A stretch of 32,000 nt of DNA from Desulfobulbus propionicus DSM 2032 (GTDB lineage: Bacteria; Desulfobacterota; Desulfobulbia; Desulfobulbales; Desulfobulbaceae). Below, in pieces: positions 9,160-16,919 of this stretch (its first letter is position 1; each line of letters opens with the position of its first letter). Both the position numbers and the translations under genes were made by a program. Location of the stretch: positions 1-32,000 of the forward strand of contig NC_014972.1 of assembly GCF_000186885.1 (NCBI RefSeq), given 5' to 3'. The notes under the pieces are model-generated. The model was not told the origin of the DNA. It did no database searches and was given only the letters and a program-made list of their open reading frames with translations.

Positions 9160-9584
9160 TGTCCTTTCTACCCAATATCGTTGGCTTTGCCTGCCAGTGG
9201 TGCACCTATGCCGGCGCGGACCTGGCCGGTAACCTGCGGGCCAAATACCCGCCCTCGATCAAGCTGATCAAGGTACCCTGCTCCGGCCGGGTGGAGCCAG
9301 AGCATGTCATGGAAGCCCTGGCCAACGGCGCCGACGGCGTGCTGGTCGGCGGTTGTCACTTTGGCGATTGCCATTACAAGACCGGCAACTACAAAACCGC
9401 CAACAGGATGAAAATATTGAAACAACTGCTTGAGGACAGCGGTTTTGATTCCCGCCGCTTCCGTCTGGAATGGATCTCCGGTGCCGAGGGCTACCGGTTC
9501 GCCGAGGTGGTGGAGGAGTTTACCAAGGAGTTGCAGGAGCTGGGTCCCAACCCGCTCAAAGGAGGAAATGGTCATGGCAAATAA
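9159..9584 (+). CDS. mvhD: Methyl-viologen-reducing hydrogenase delta subunit-like [2Fe-2S] protein
   Basis: GFACQWCTYAGADLAG...KVPCSGRVEPEHVMEALANGADGVLVGGCHFGDCHYKTGN; overlaps the hdrB stop (TGATG). Confidence 0.93.
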   Translation: MSFLPNIVGFACQWCTYAGADLAGNLRAKYPPSIKLIKVPCSGRVEPEHVMEALANGADGVLVGGCHFGDCHYKTGNYKTANRMKILKQLLEDSGFDSRRFRLEWISGAEGYRFAEVVEEFTKELQELGPNPLKGGNGHGK

Positions 9585-10566
9585 ACTGAAGACCGCCTTT
9601 CTGCTGGCCGGCGGCTGCGCGGGCTGCGAGATGAGCGTGGTCGACCTCTCGGAAAAACTGGTCGATGCCCTGGAGCACCTGGAAATCGTCTTCTGGGCGC
9701 CAACCGTGGCCGACGTCAAGTATCAGGACCTGGAAGATATGCCGGATAAATCCATCGACCTGGCCTTTGTCGACGGCATGATCCGCAACACCGAAAACCT
9801 GCACACCGTCCAGGTGTTGCGGGCCAAATCCAAGGTGCTGGTGGCCTTCGGCGCCTGTGCCACCCTGGGCGGTATCGCCGCGCTTGGCGACCTGCATACC
9901 AAGGAGGAGCTGTTCCGCCAGGCCTACAAGGATTCCTTTTCCACTGACAACCCGGAAGGCGTCTATCCCGAACCGGAGTACCTGCTCGACGGCAAGTACA
10001 ACCTGACCATCCCCGCCATCCTCGACACCTGTTCGACCATCGATCAGGTGGTGGCTGTGGATTACTATGTCGGCGGCTGCCCGCCCCATCCCTCGTTCGT
10101 CGGCAAACTGGTCGGCGCCATTGTTGCCGGCGACCTGCCCCCGGCGGGTTCCTGGCTCACCGGCGGCAAGGCGGTCTGCGACACCTGCAAGCGCAATCCG
10201 GCCCTCACCGGCCAGGAACGGCTGCCCATCGGTGAGATCAAACGCACCATCGACGACCGGCCCGACCCCAACATCTGCCTGCTGCAACAGGGCTACATGT
10301 GCTTTGGCCCGGTGACCCAGGGCGACTGCGGTGCCTCCTGCCTCAACGTCAACATCCCCTGTCGCGGTTGCGGCGGCCCGATCCCCGGTATCAAGGATTT
10401 CGGTGCCCGTTGCGTCTCCACCTTGGCCTCCAGCATGGCCAGCGAGGCCGTTGCCGAACAGTTCATTGAAAAATACAACGATATGGCCAAGATGTTTTAT
10501 CGCTACAGCCATACGGCCTCGAAACTCAACCATCGGGTCGCCGAGCAGAAGGAGAACGCAGCATGA
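9574..10566 (+). CDS. mvhG: [NiFe] hydrogenase small subunit, MvhG-like (group 3c type)
   Basis: LAGGCAGCEMSVVDL; FGACATLGGIAALGD; YYVGGCPPHP; CxxC-type cysteines PCRGCGGPIPG; overlaps the mvhD 3' end. Confidence 0.92.
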   Translation: MANKLKTAFLLAGGCAGCEMSVVDLSEKLVDALEHLEIVFWAPTVADVKYQDLEDMPDKSIDLAFVDGMIRNTENLHTVQVLRAKSKVLVAFGACATLGGIAALGDLHTKEELFRQAYKDSFSTDNPEGVYPEPEYLLDGKYNLTIPAILDTCSTIDQVVAVDYYVGGCPPHPSFVGKLVGAIVAGDLPPAGSWLTGGKAVCDTCKRNPALTGQERLPIGEIKRTIDDRPDPNICLLQQGYMCFGPVTQGDCGASCLNVNIPCRGCGGPIPGIKDFGARCVSTLASSMASEAVAEQFIEKYNDMAKMFYRYSHTASKLNHRVAEQKENAA

Positions 10567-12029
10567 AAAAAATCGAAATCAGCCCGATCACCCGTCTTGA
10601 GGGCCATGGCAAGATTGCCATTTTCCTGGATGATGCCGGCAATGTGGACGACGCCTTTTTCCAGACCGTGGAATTCCGAGGCTTTGAAAAATTCCTCCAG
10701 GGCATGCCCATGGAGGAGGTACCGCGCACCGTGTCCACTGTCTGCGGTGTCTGTCGCGGCGTCCATTTCACCGCCTCGATGAAGGCCTCGGACGGCGTCT
10801 TCGGCGTCACCCCGCCGCCGGCCGGCCGCAAGCTGCGCGAACTGTTCTTCAACGCCCACTATGTCGAGGACCACTCGGTGATCCTCTATGCCCTGGGGCT
10901 GCCGGACTTTGTCGTCGGGCCGGAGGCCAATCCCGCGGTGCGCAACGTGGTTGGCCTGATCAACGCCGTGGGCGCGGAAACCGGCCGTGAGGTCCTGCGC
11001 CGTCGGGGTCTGGCAGTGAAGATTTTTGAACTGCTCGGTGGCAAGCCCAATCATCCGGTGGCGGCCATCCCCGGCGGCTGGTCCAAGCAGCTGAGCGAGG
11101 AGGAGCGCAAGCAGATCGAGGAGTGGTCCCAGGAGCTGGTGGGGTTGGGCGAGCTGACCCTCAAGGTCTTTGAGGATGTGGTGCTGAAAAACGACAAGTA
11201 TATGGAGCTGGTCACCGGCGATATGTACAAGGTCGAGGTCGGCTACATGGGCTCGGTGGACGAGAACGACAATATCACCTACTACGACGGCACCCAGAAG
11301 ATCATCGACTCGGCCGGCAACCCGGTGGGCAGCTTCAACGGCAAGGAATACCTCGATTTTATCTCCGAGCGCGTCCAGCCGTGGACCTATCTGAAATTCC
11401 CCTACCAGAAGAAGATCGGCCCCTGGAAGGGCATTGTCGAAGGGCCGGGCACCAACATCTACGCGGTTGGCCCGCTGGCGCGGATGAACATCGTGGGGGG
11501 CATGGACACGCCGCTGGCGCAGCAGCATTTCGAGAAATTCCACGCCACCTTCGGCGCGCGGCCGGTGCATAACGTCCTGGCCTACCACTGGGCCCGGGCG
11601 ATCGAGCTGCTCAACGCCGCCGAGAAGTGCCTCCAACTCTCCCGTGACCCCGAGATCACCAGCAAGGACACCTGGACCAAGCCGACCTCCTGTCCGGGCG
11701 AGGGCGTGGGCATCATCGAGGCGCCGCGCGGCACCCTGATCCACCACTACACCACCGACGAGCGGGGCATCGTCACCAACGCCAACCTGATCGTGGCCAC
11801 CACCCACAACAACGCCCCGATCAACCTGGCGGTGAAGAAGGCGGCCAAGCACTTCATCAAAAATGGCGATGTGTCGCCGGCCATGCTCAACTACGTGGAA
11901 ATGGCCTTCCGCCCCTACGACCTCTGCCTGGCCTGCGCCACCCACACCGTGACCGGCGGCCAATCGCCGCTGTTGGTGGAAATCTTTGACAACAACGGCA
12001 CCCTCTACAAGACGTTGAAGAATTTTTAA
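10563..12029 (+). CDS. mvhA: [NiFe] hydrogenase large subunit, MvhA-like (group 3c type)
   Basis: ISPITRLEGHGKIAIFLDD; TVCGVCRGVH L1 motif; DLCLACATH L2 motif followed by a C-terminal tail; ATGA overlap with mvhG. Confidence 0.93.
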   Translation: MKKIEISPITRLEGHGKIAIFLDDAGNVDDAFFQTVEFRGFEKFLQGMPMEEVPRTVSTVCGVCRGVHFTASMKASDGVFGVTPPPAGRKLRELFFNAHYVEDHSVILYALGLPDFVVGPEANPAVRNVVGLINAVGAETGREVLRRRGLAVKIFELLGGKPNHPVAAIPGGWSKQLSEEERKQIEEWSQELVGLGELTLKVFEDVVLKNDKYMELVTGDMYKVEVGYMGSVDENDNITYYDGTQKIIDSAGNPVGSFNGKEYLDFISERVQPWTYLKFPYQKKIGPWKGIVEGPGTNIYAVGPLARMNIVGGMDTPLAQQHFEKFHATFGARPVHNVLAYHWARAIELLNAAEKCLQLSRDPEITSKDTWTKPTSCPGEGVGIIEAPRGTLIHHYTTDERGIVTNANLIVATTHNNAPINLAVKKAAKHFIKNGDVSPAMLNYVEMAFRPYDLCLACATHTVTGGQSPLLVEIFDNNGTLYKTLKNF

Positions 12030-12047
12030 GTAGGCGTTGAGCCTGTG

Positions 12048-12087
12048 AGTCTGTAGTCTTTTTGGGGGGGCCAAGGGGCTACAGACT
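12048..12087 (+). repeat. Inverted repeat / RNA hairpin between mvhA and the maturation peptidase gene
   Basis: AGTCTGTAG (12048-12056) and CTACAGACT (12079-12087) are exact reverse complements; CTTTTTGG/CCAAGGGG inside can extend the stem with G-U pairs. No T-tract directly follows. Confidence 0.7.
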
Positions 12088-12119
12088 TAACATCCATAAC
12101 TTTTTTCCGCCGGAGTGGC

Positions 12120-12626
12120 ATGCAAACACAATGCGTCGTGATCGGTATCGGCAATCCCTATCTTCAGGATGACCGCGCCGGGGTGGTGGTGGTGGAACGG
12201 CTGGAGCAGGAAGGGATTCCCTGCCGGACGGAGGTGGTTTTTACCGTGGGGTTTGAGGTGATGGACAAGATCCGCGGCTGTGATCAGGCGATCATCGTCG
12301 ATGCCTGCATGCTCGGCAACGAACCGGGTTCCATTCTCGAAGTCGGGGTGGACGACATCTTCACCACCCATGCCCTGGTCAATTCCCATGCCGTCACCCT
12401 GGGCACGACCCTCAAGACCGGCTATGTCTGTTTTCCCGAGGAGATGCCCGCCGATATCCGCATCCTCTTGATCGAGGTCAAGGAAATCAAGGAGTTCACC
12501 CAGCAGATGTCGTCCGAGGTGGAGGCGGCCGTGGACGTGGTGGTGGAACGGATCAAGGGAATGGTCGCCGCCAGGGAAGCGGGACCGCCCAGCCGCACAA
12601 GCGGGGCTACTGCTTGGGAGCAATAG
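12120..12626 (+). CDS. Hydrogenase maturation endopeptidase (HyaD/HybD family)
   Basis: VVIGIGNPYLQDDRAGVVVVERLEQEG; downstream of mvhA, whose product has a C-terminal extension after DLCLACATH. Confidence 0.88.
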   Translation: MQTQCVVIGIGNPYLQDDRAGVVVVERLEQEGIPCRTEVVFTVGFEVMDKIRGCDQAIIVDACMLGNEPGSILEVGVDDIFTTHALVNSHAVTLGTTLKTGYVCFPEEMPADIRILLIEVKEIKEFTQQMSSEVEAAVDVVVERIKGMVAAREAGPPSRTSGATAWEQ

Positions 12627-14265
12627 CCACCGAATAGCCGCATTCCCCCTCGGCGCCAACAAGGCGCAGGGTGTAGGTGTCTGTCTTGGCGACGGTGAAG
12701 GGCATCACCGTGGTCTCCGATCCGCCGATCCGTTTGTAGGGATTGCGGTATACCGGGGTGCCCCGGGAATCGACAATCTCCACGGCATAACTGCCCCCAT
12801 CACCCGTCGCTGAAAAGGACAGGCGCACCGGGACGAATTCCTCCAGCTCAAAGCGGTATTCGGCCACCGCGTCCTTGGCGATGGCGCCGCTCACCCCGCT
12901 GTCCCCGATCTTGAGCACATTGGCCTCGCCGCGCAGCTGCGCATCGAAGGCAATGGATTGGACAGTGAGGGTGTATTTTCCTTCCTCGCCCGTTCCCAGC
13001 ACCCGCAGCAGGTAGGTGTCGTTTTTGTCCGGGGTGAAGGGCAGGCGGACATGCTGCGTATCGAACCCGTGCCGGTACTGCTTGCGCAACACAATTTTCC
13101 CACTCGAATCAGAGAGTTCCACGGTGTATTGAAAATTCTCGTCCAGCGAGGAAAAATTGAGGCGGACCGGGCTGTTCTGATAGAGCCGCACCTTGTATTC
13201 CGCGATCGCGTTTTTCACCAGCACCGCGGAAAACTCCTCGCCATCGATCTGCAACACGTGGGCTTCGCTCCGCAGCGCGGCATCGGTGACGATGGGAGTG
13301 GTGCGGATTTTGTACCGTCCTTCGCCCTCGGTGCCGGTAACCCTGAAGGAAAAGGTGTCGGTCTTCAAGGGGGTGCAGGGAAAGCTGACCGCCTCCTTGC
13401 CAAGCGGCTTGCCGAGCGAGTAGCGGCACGAGACCCTGTTGGTCGAGTCCATCACATCGATGGCGTACCTGACCCGATCTCCAGTGGGCAGGAGGTGGAT
13501 GCGAATCGGGCTGTTTTCCTTGAGGTTGACCCGATGGTCCTGGAAACTGTTGAGGACCACGGTGCCGGTCAACTCCTGTTCCTGCGCCGTGGGCGGTTGA
13601 GGCGGCGCTTGTGCCGTGGCGCTGGCCTCGGGCGGCGATGGTTCGCCTCTGCTTTCCGTGTCCTCGAAAAACAGCGACAGGGCGGTGGCCAGGGCATCCT
13701 GGCGCAGGACATTGCCGATGTTGTCGGTCACCGAAACGAGCATCCCGGCCCATTGTCCGCCGATGTACAGGGTGCTGCCGCTCATCCCCTTGGTGATGGT
13801 GTCGTCCTGATTCACCGGGCGGACATTGATATGGCGGTATTTATCGTAGCCGACGACATCCACCGGCGTTTTGCGGATGCTGCCGTCGGCCAGCATGGTG
13901 TGGAGTTCGCCCTGCTTTTCGGTGCCGAGAAGGGCGGTCAGGCGGTTGTGCTGCGGCCAGAGGGTGCCACGGCAGGAGACCGGCGTGTCCTTGTCCAGGC
14001 GAACGACCGCGATGTCCCCGGGGAAAACGTCGACCAGTTCAGCCTGGCGGCGCGATCTGTCCACGGTGGTCACCTCGATCTTGAAGGCGTTTTCCACCAC
14101 ATGGGCAGGGGTGATCAGCAGACATTCGTTCTGCCGTGGGCGGAGAATGCCCTGGCCGGTTTCATTGTCGTCGACCTTGAGGTAGGCATCGGACGCATGG
14201 CTCGGCCCGGAGACAACCTGGGCCAGGAAAAACAGGGTAAGGAAGAGGGGCTGTTTGACGTTCAT
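12607..14265 (-). CDS. Secreted trypsin-like serine protease with three C-terminal beta-type repeats
   Basis: Signal peptide MNVKQPLFLTLFFLAQVVSGPSHAS; triad context LLITPAHVV (His54), FPGDIAVVRL (Asp84), TKGMSGSTL (Ser162); Pro/Ala/Gln-rich linker; three similar approx. 100-aa C-terminal blocks. Confidence 0.8.
   Translation of the reverse strand: MNVKQPLFLTLFFLAQVVSGPSHASDAYLKVDDNETGQGILRPRQNECLLITPAHVVENAFKIEVTTVDRSRRQAELVDVFPGDIAVVRLDKDTPVSCRGTLWPQHNRLTALLGTEKQGELHTMLADGSIRKTPVDVVGYDKYRHINVRPVNQDDTITKGMSGSTLYIGGQWAGMLVSVTDNIGNVLRQDALATALSLFFEDTESRGEPSPPEASATAQAPPQPPTAQEQELTGTVVLNSFQDHRVNLKENSPIRIHLLPTGDRVRYAIDVMDSTNRVSCRYSLGKPLGKEAVSFPCTPLKTDTFSFRVTGTEGEGRYKIRTTPIVTDAALRSEAHVLQIDGEEFSAVLVKNAIAEYKVRLYQNSPVRLNFSSLDENFQYTVELSDSSGKIVLRKQYRHGFDTQHVRLPFTPDKNDTYLLRVLGTGEEGKYTLTVQSIAFDAQLRGEANVLKIGDSGVSGAIAKDAVAEYRFELEEFVPVRLSFSATGDGGSYAVEIVDSRGTPVYRNPYKRIGGSETTVMPFTVAKTDTYTLRLVGAEGECGYSVAIAPKQ
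12619..13569 (-). repeat. Three tandem approx. 100-aa repeats inside the protease gene
   Basis: Shared pattern in each block: ENSPIRIHL...YAIDVMDS...PLKTDTFSFRVTGTEGEGRYKI / QNSPVRLNF...YTVELSDSSGK...PDKNDTYLLRVLGTGEEGKYTL / EFVPVRLSF...YAVEIVDSRG...VAKTDTYTLRLVGAEGECGYSV. Confidence 0.8.
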
Positions 14266-14289
14266 TGGTGGGTTGCGGCGGGTTGCGAG

Positions 14290-15330
14290 CTAGCAATCAT
14301 GGCTGCTCTGTTCGTTTTTCAATTTCATCTCGGAATGGAAATAGAGCAGGCGGATGAAGAAGACGATCGATCCCGGAACCGCGAGCATGATCGCCCAGGT
14401 AATCACCAGTTCTTCATCTTTTCCCATCTTGGACCACAGATTGTTGCGGATTTTCAGTTTCGTGCCCCGGAATTTGTTGATCGTGGCCGAATTGGCCTCG
14501 ACGATGGTCACGATCTGCAGGCCGCGATCCAGGTCGAAGGTGATCATGCCGCTGGTTTTCGGCTCCGTGGGCGTGAATTGCAGGCCATCGCCCAACTGCA
14601 ACTTGTACGGATCCACCTTGTAATGATTGCCGGACAGCAGCTGTTTGGCGATCATGTGGATTTCACCGTCGAGCAACAGGCCGTTTTGCTGGTAGGCGTC
14701 GTAGGTGGGCACCCTTCCGACGATAACCGGGCCATCGACGGTGTATTTCCAGGTCACGCCCTGGGCGATCATGGCGGCCGGATCGTTCAGCACGAGATCA
14801 ACGACCTCCGGCAGGGTGCAGAGGAGCTGATCGTTGTCGTCATACAGGCTGTTCTTGTCGGTGCTTCGGATCTTGACATGGACCGGTCCCTTGGCGATCC
14901 GTGAAAAGATGACCGCTGCTTTTCCATGGATTTGCAGGGATCCCGCGCCCTTGTGGGACACCGATTTCAACTTGGCCGATTCAGGTGCCAGGGGATCGAA
15001 GACCTCCGAACCCACCTCCTCCCAATACACGGTCGCATTGTGAAACGGTATGCGAGGCGGATCGATGCTTTCGGGCTGATATTCCACCTGCTCCGTCCGT
15101 GCCGAGACGATGAAGCTACCGGGGTTTAAAGTGTTGATGGCGATCTTGGCCACCAGAAACAGGAGAAAAACAAGGTAGATGTAGAAAAAGAAGACAATGC
15201 AGTGCAGCGACCTCGGATATTGCCGGGAAATGTTGTGAAAGACCTTTTTTTCCGGCTCGGAAACAACAGAGGCGAGCAGGACGTCTCTGGTGATGACAAC
15301 AAATTTCCGGAAAATTTTTTTGAACCACAC
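14290..15330 (-). CDS. Hypothetical membrane protein, two TM helices flanking a large soluble domain
   Basis: TM1 SLHCIVFFFYIYLVFLLFLVAKIAI, TM2 VITWAIMLAVPGSIVFFIRLLYF with approx. 235 aa between; GTG start 3 nt after the upstream gene's stop. Confidence 0.7.
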   Translation of the reverse strand: MWFKKIFRKFVVITRDVLLASVVSEPEKKVFHNISRQYPRSLHCIVFFFYIYLVFLLFLVAKIAINTLNPGSFIVSARTEQVEYQPESIDPPRIPFHNATVYWEEVGSEVFDPLAPESAKLKSVSHKGAGSLQIHGKAAVIFSRIAKGPVHVKIRSTDKNSLYDDNDQLLCTLPEVVDLVLNDPAAMIAQGVTWKYTVDGPVIVGRVPTYDAYQQNGLLLDGEIHMIAKQLLSGNHYKVDPYKLQLGDGLQFTPTEPKTSGMITFDLDRGLQIVTIVEANSATINKFRGTKLKIRNNLWSKMGKDEELVITWAIMLAVPGSIVFFIRLLYFHSEMKLKNEQSSHDC

Positions 15331-15333
15331 GAA

Positions 15334-16122
15334 TTATCTTACCGGAAATTCGACGTTTGGCAATCTGTTGCCAAAATTTTTCCGCAACAGGTAGATGCTT
15401 TTCGGCTCGAGGAGCAGCTCCCGTTTGAGCACGCATTGGGTATCATAGGCGATGGCGTTGTCGGCGGCGATCCTGGTGCACGGAATCCGCTCCTTGGCGC
15501 CGGGAATGCCGATTTCCGTGTCCGTGTTGCTGGAATTGACATACAAGACATAATCATCGGCGGTGTCGGCGCCCCAGCTTGCCGGAACGTAGCGCATCTC
15601 CGGGGACAAACAGTCCTTGCGGGCGATGCCGGCAAGCACCGCCAGGGCGTCGGGCGTGTAGGCGGCAAGCTGCTCCTGATATTTCGAGGGCATGTTGACC
15701 GCGATGGGGCCGGGCGGCTGTTTGCCCAGCGCGTACTGCCAGGAGGCGGTATAGCGGCCGTCGCGGCTGACCATGTTCACGCAGAGCATGGCATCCTCCT
15801 CGTCCACAGGCCGTTGCAGATGGATGGAGAGCGCCTGCAGGTCAACGTGCGGCAGGGTGCTCCGCTGCATGAATCCGGCGCGCACCCCTCCTGAAACCGT
15901 GACTTTTTCCAGATAGGATTCCTTGAACTGGGCATCGCTCAAGACGATGTTGCGCGGTTGTTGCGCCATGGCGGAAGGGGGACCGCACAGCACGACCGCC
16001 ACCCACAGCCAGGTGTGCCCGGCCCGTGCTCCCCTGAGGAGGGCGTGGCGCGGCGGCTTGCCTGCAGGTGTTGTGTGCTGGTCGTGGCGGCCGGGGTTGG
16101 CGGCGAAACACTGTTCGATCAT
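15334..16122 (-). CDS. Hypothetical secreted protein
   Basis: Hydrophobic export segment TWLWVAVVLCGPPSAMAQQ; AGAGGA upstream of the ATG; tight spacing with the next gene. Confidence 0.65.
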   Translation of the reverse strand: MIEQCFAANPGRHDQHTTPAGKPPRHALLRGARAGHTWLWVAVVLCGPPSAMAQQPRNIVLSDAQFKESYLEKVTVSGGVRAGFMQRSTLPHVDLQALSIHLQRPVDEEDAMLCVNMVSRDGRYTASWQYALGKQPPGPIAVNMPSKYQEQLAAYTPDALAVLAGIARKDCLSPEMRYVPASWGADTADDYVLYVNSSNTDTEIGIPGAKERIPCTRIAADNAIAYDTQCVLKRELLLEPKSIYLLRKNFGNRLPNVEFPVR

Positions 16123-16552
16123 CGTTGGTCCTCTTGCTGTTTTCTTCAGTGAACCGTGGGGCGGCTAGGCCGTGGAAACGCCGTCGCCCGGACACAAAAC
16201 CGGTCCCAAGCCGCTCTTCCCGTGTGCGTCATTGCCCTTGCCGGTCGCTTGCGCAACGGGTTTAATAGGGACTGGCCTGGGGCGTCCAGCCCGGCGGCGG
16301 GCAAGGGCGGTCTGGCGGCCGGTTGCCGGGCCCGTCGGCTGGGCTCCTTTGAGCGGTTTCACTCTAACCATCTCCCGACACCTTTTCCATGCGAATTCAC
16401 CGCGCTTGCATAATTTTCCCCGTAACCCTCCAGGGGCAACCGCCTGTGCTCAGCTGGTTCACTCCGCTCTCGGCAGGATGGCTCTTCGTCCGTGTGGCGG
16501 GGCGCGCCAACGCGCACCAATCCGATCTGCCTGCCCGTGAGGGCGTTCTGCC

Positions 16553-16906
16553 ATGAACGAGAAGACCTCGTCCTTGCGCTGTGACAGTCTTGAGCAATTG
16601 GCGCTGGAACTGCGTCACTTTGCCGCCGAGCGCCATTGGGAGGCCTATCACACGCCGAAAAATCTGGCGACCGCCTTAATGGTCGAGGCCGCCGAACTGC
16701 TCGAGCATTTCCAGTGGCTCACCCCCGAACAGAGCCAAACGCTCCCGCCGGAGGTGCAAACCGAGGTGGCCCACGAGGTCGCCGATGTGCTCATCTACCT
16801 CACCCGCCTGGCCGATCGGCTGGGAATCGACATGCTGGCCGCGGTTCGGGAAAAGATGACGCTCAATGCCCGCAAGTATCCGGCTGTTGCCGATCGTTCC
16901 GCCTGA
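16553..16906 (+). CDS. MazG-like nucleotide pyrophosphohydrolase
   Basis: LMVEAAELLEHFQWLTPEQ...EVADVLIYLTRLADRLGIDM. Confidence 0.87.
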   Translation: MNEKTSSLRCDSLEQLALELRHFAAERHWEAYHTPKNLATALMVEAAELLEHFQWLTPEQSQTLPPEVQTEVAHEVADVLIYLTRLADRLGIDMLAAVREKMTLNARKYPAVADRSA

Positions 16907-16919
16907 CGCCGTTTCGCCC

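Noticed and set aside
10503-12074. 523-aa minus-strand ORF opposite mvhA
   Set aside because: Shadow ORF of the hydrogenase large subunit gene.
12958-14904. 648-aa plus-strand ORF spanning the protease and membrane protein genes
   Set aside because: Antisense to two genes with recognisable signal peptide, catalytic and TM features; the translation has no family motif and looks like a shadow ORF.
16172-16540. 122-aa ORF between the envelope module and the MazG-like gene
   Set aside because: No ribosome site or motif seen and several competing frames; probably noncoding intergenic DNA.
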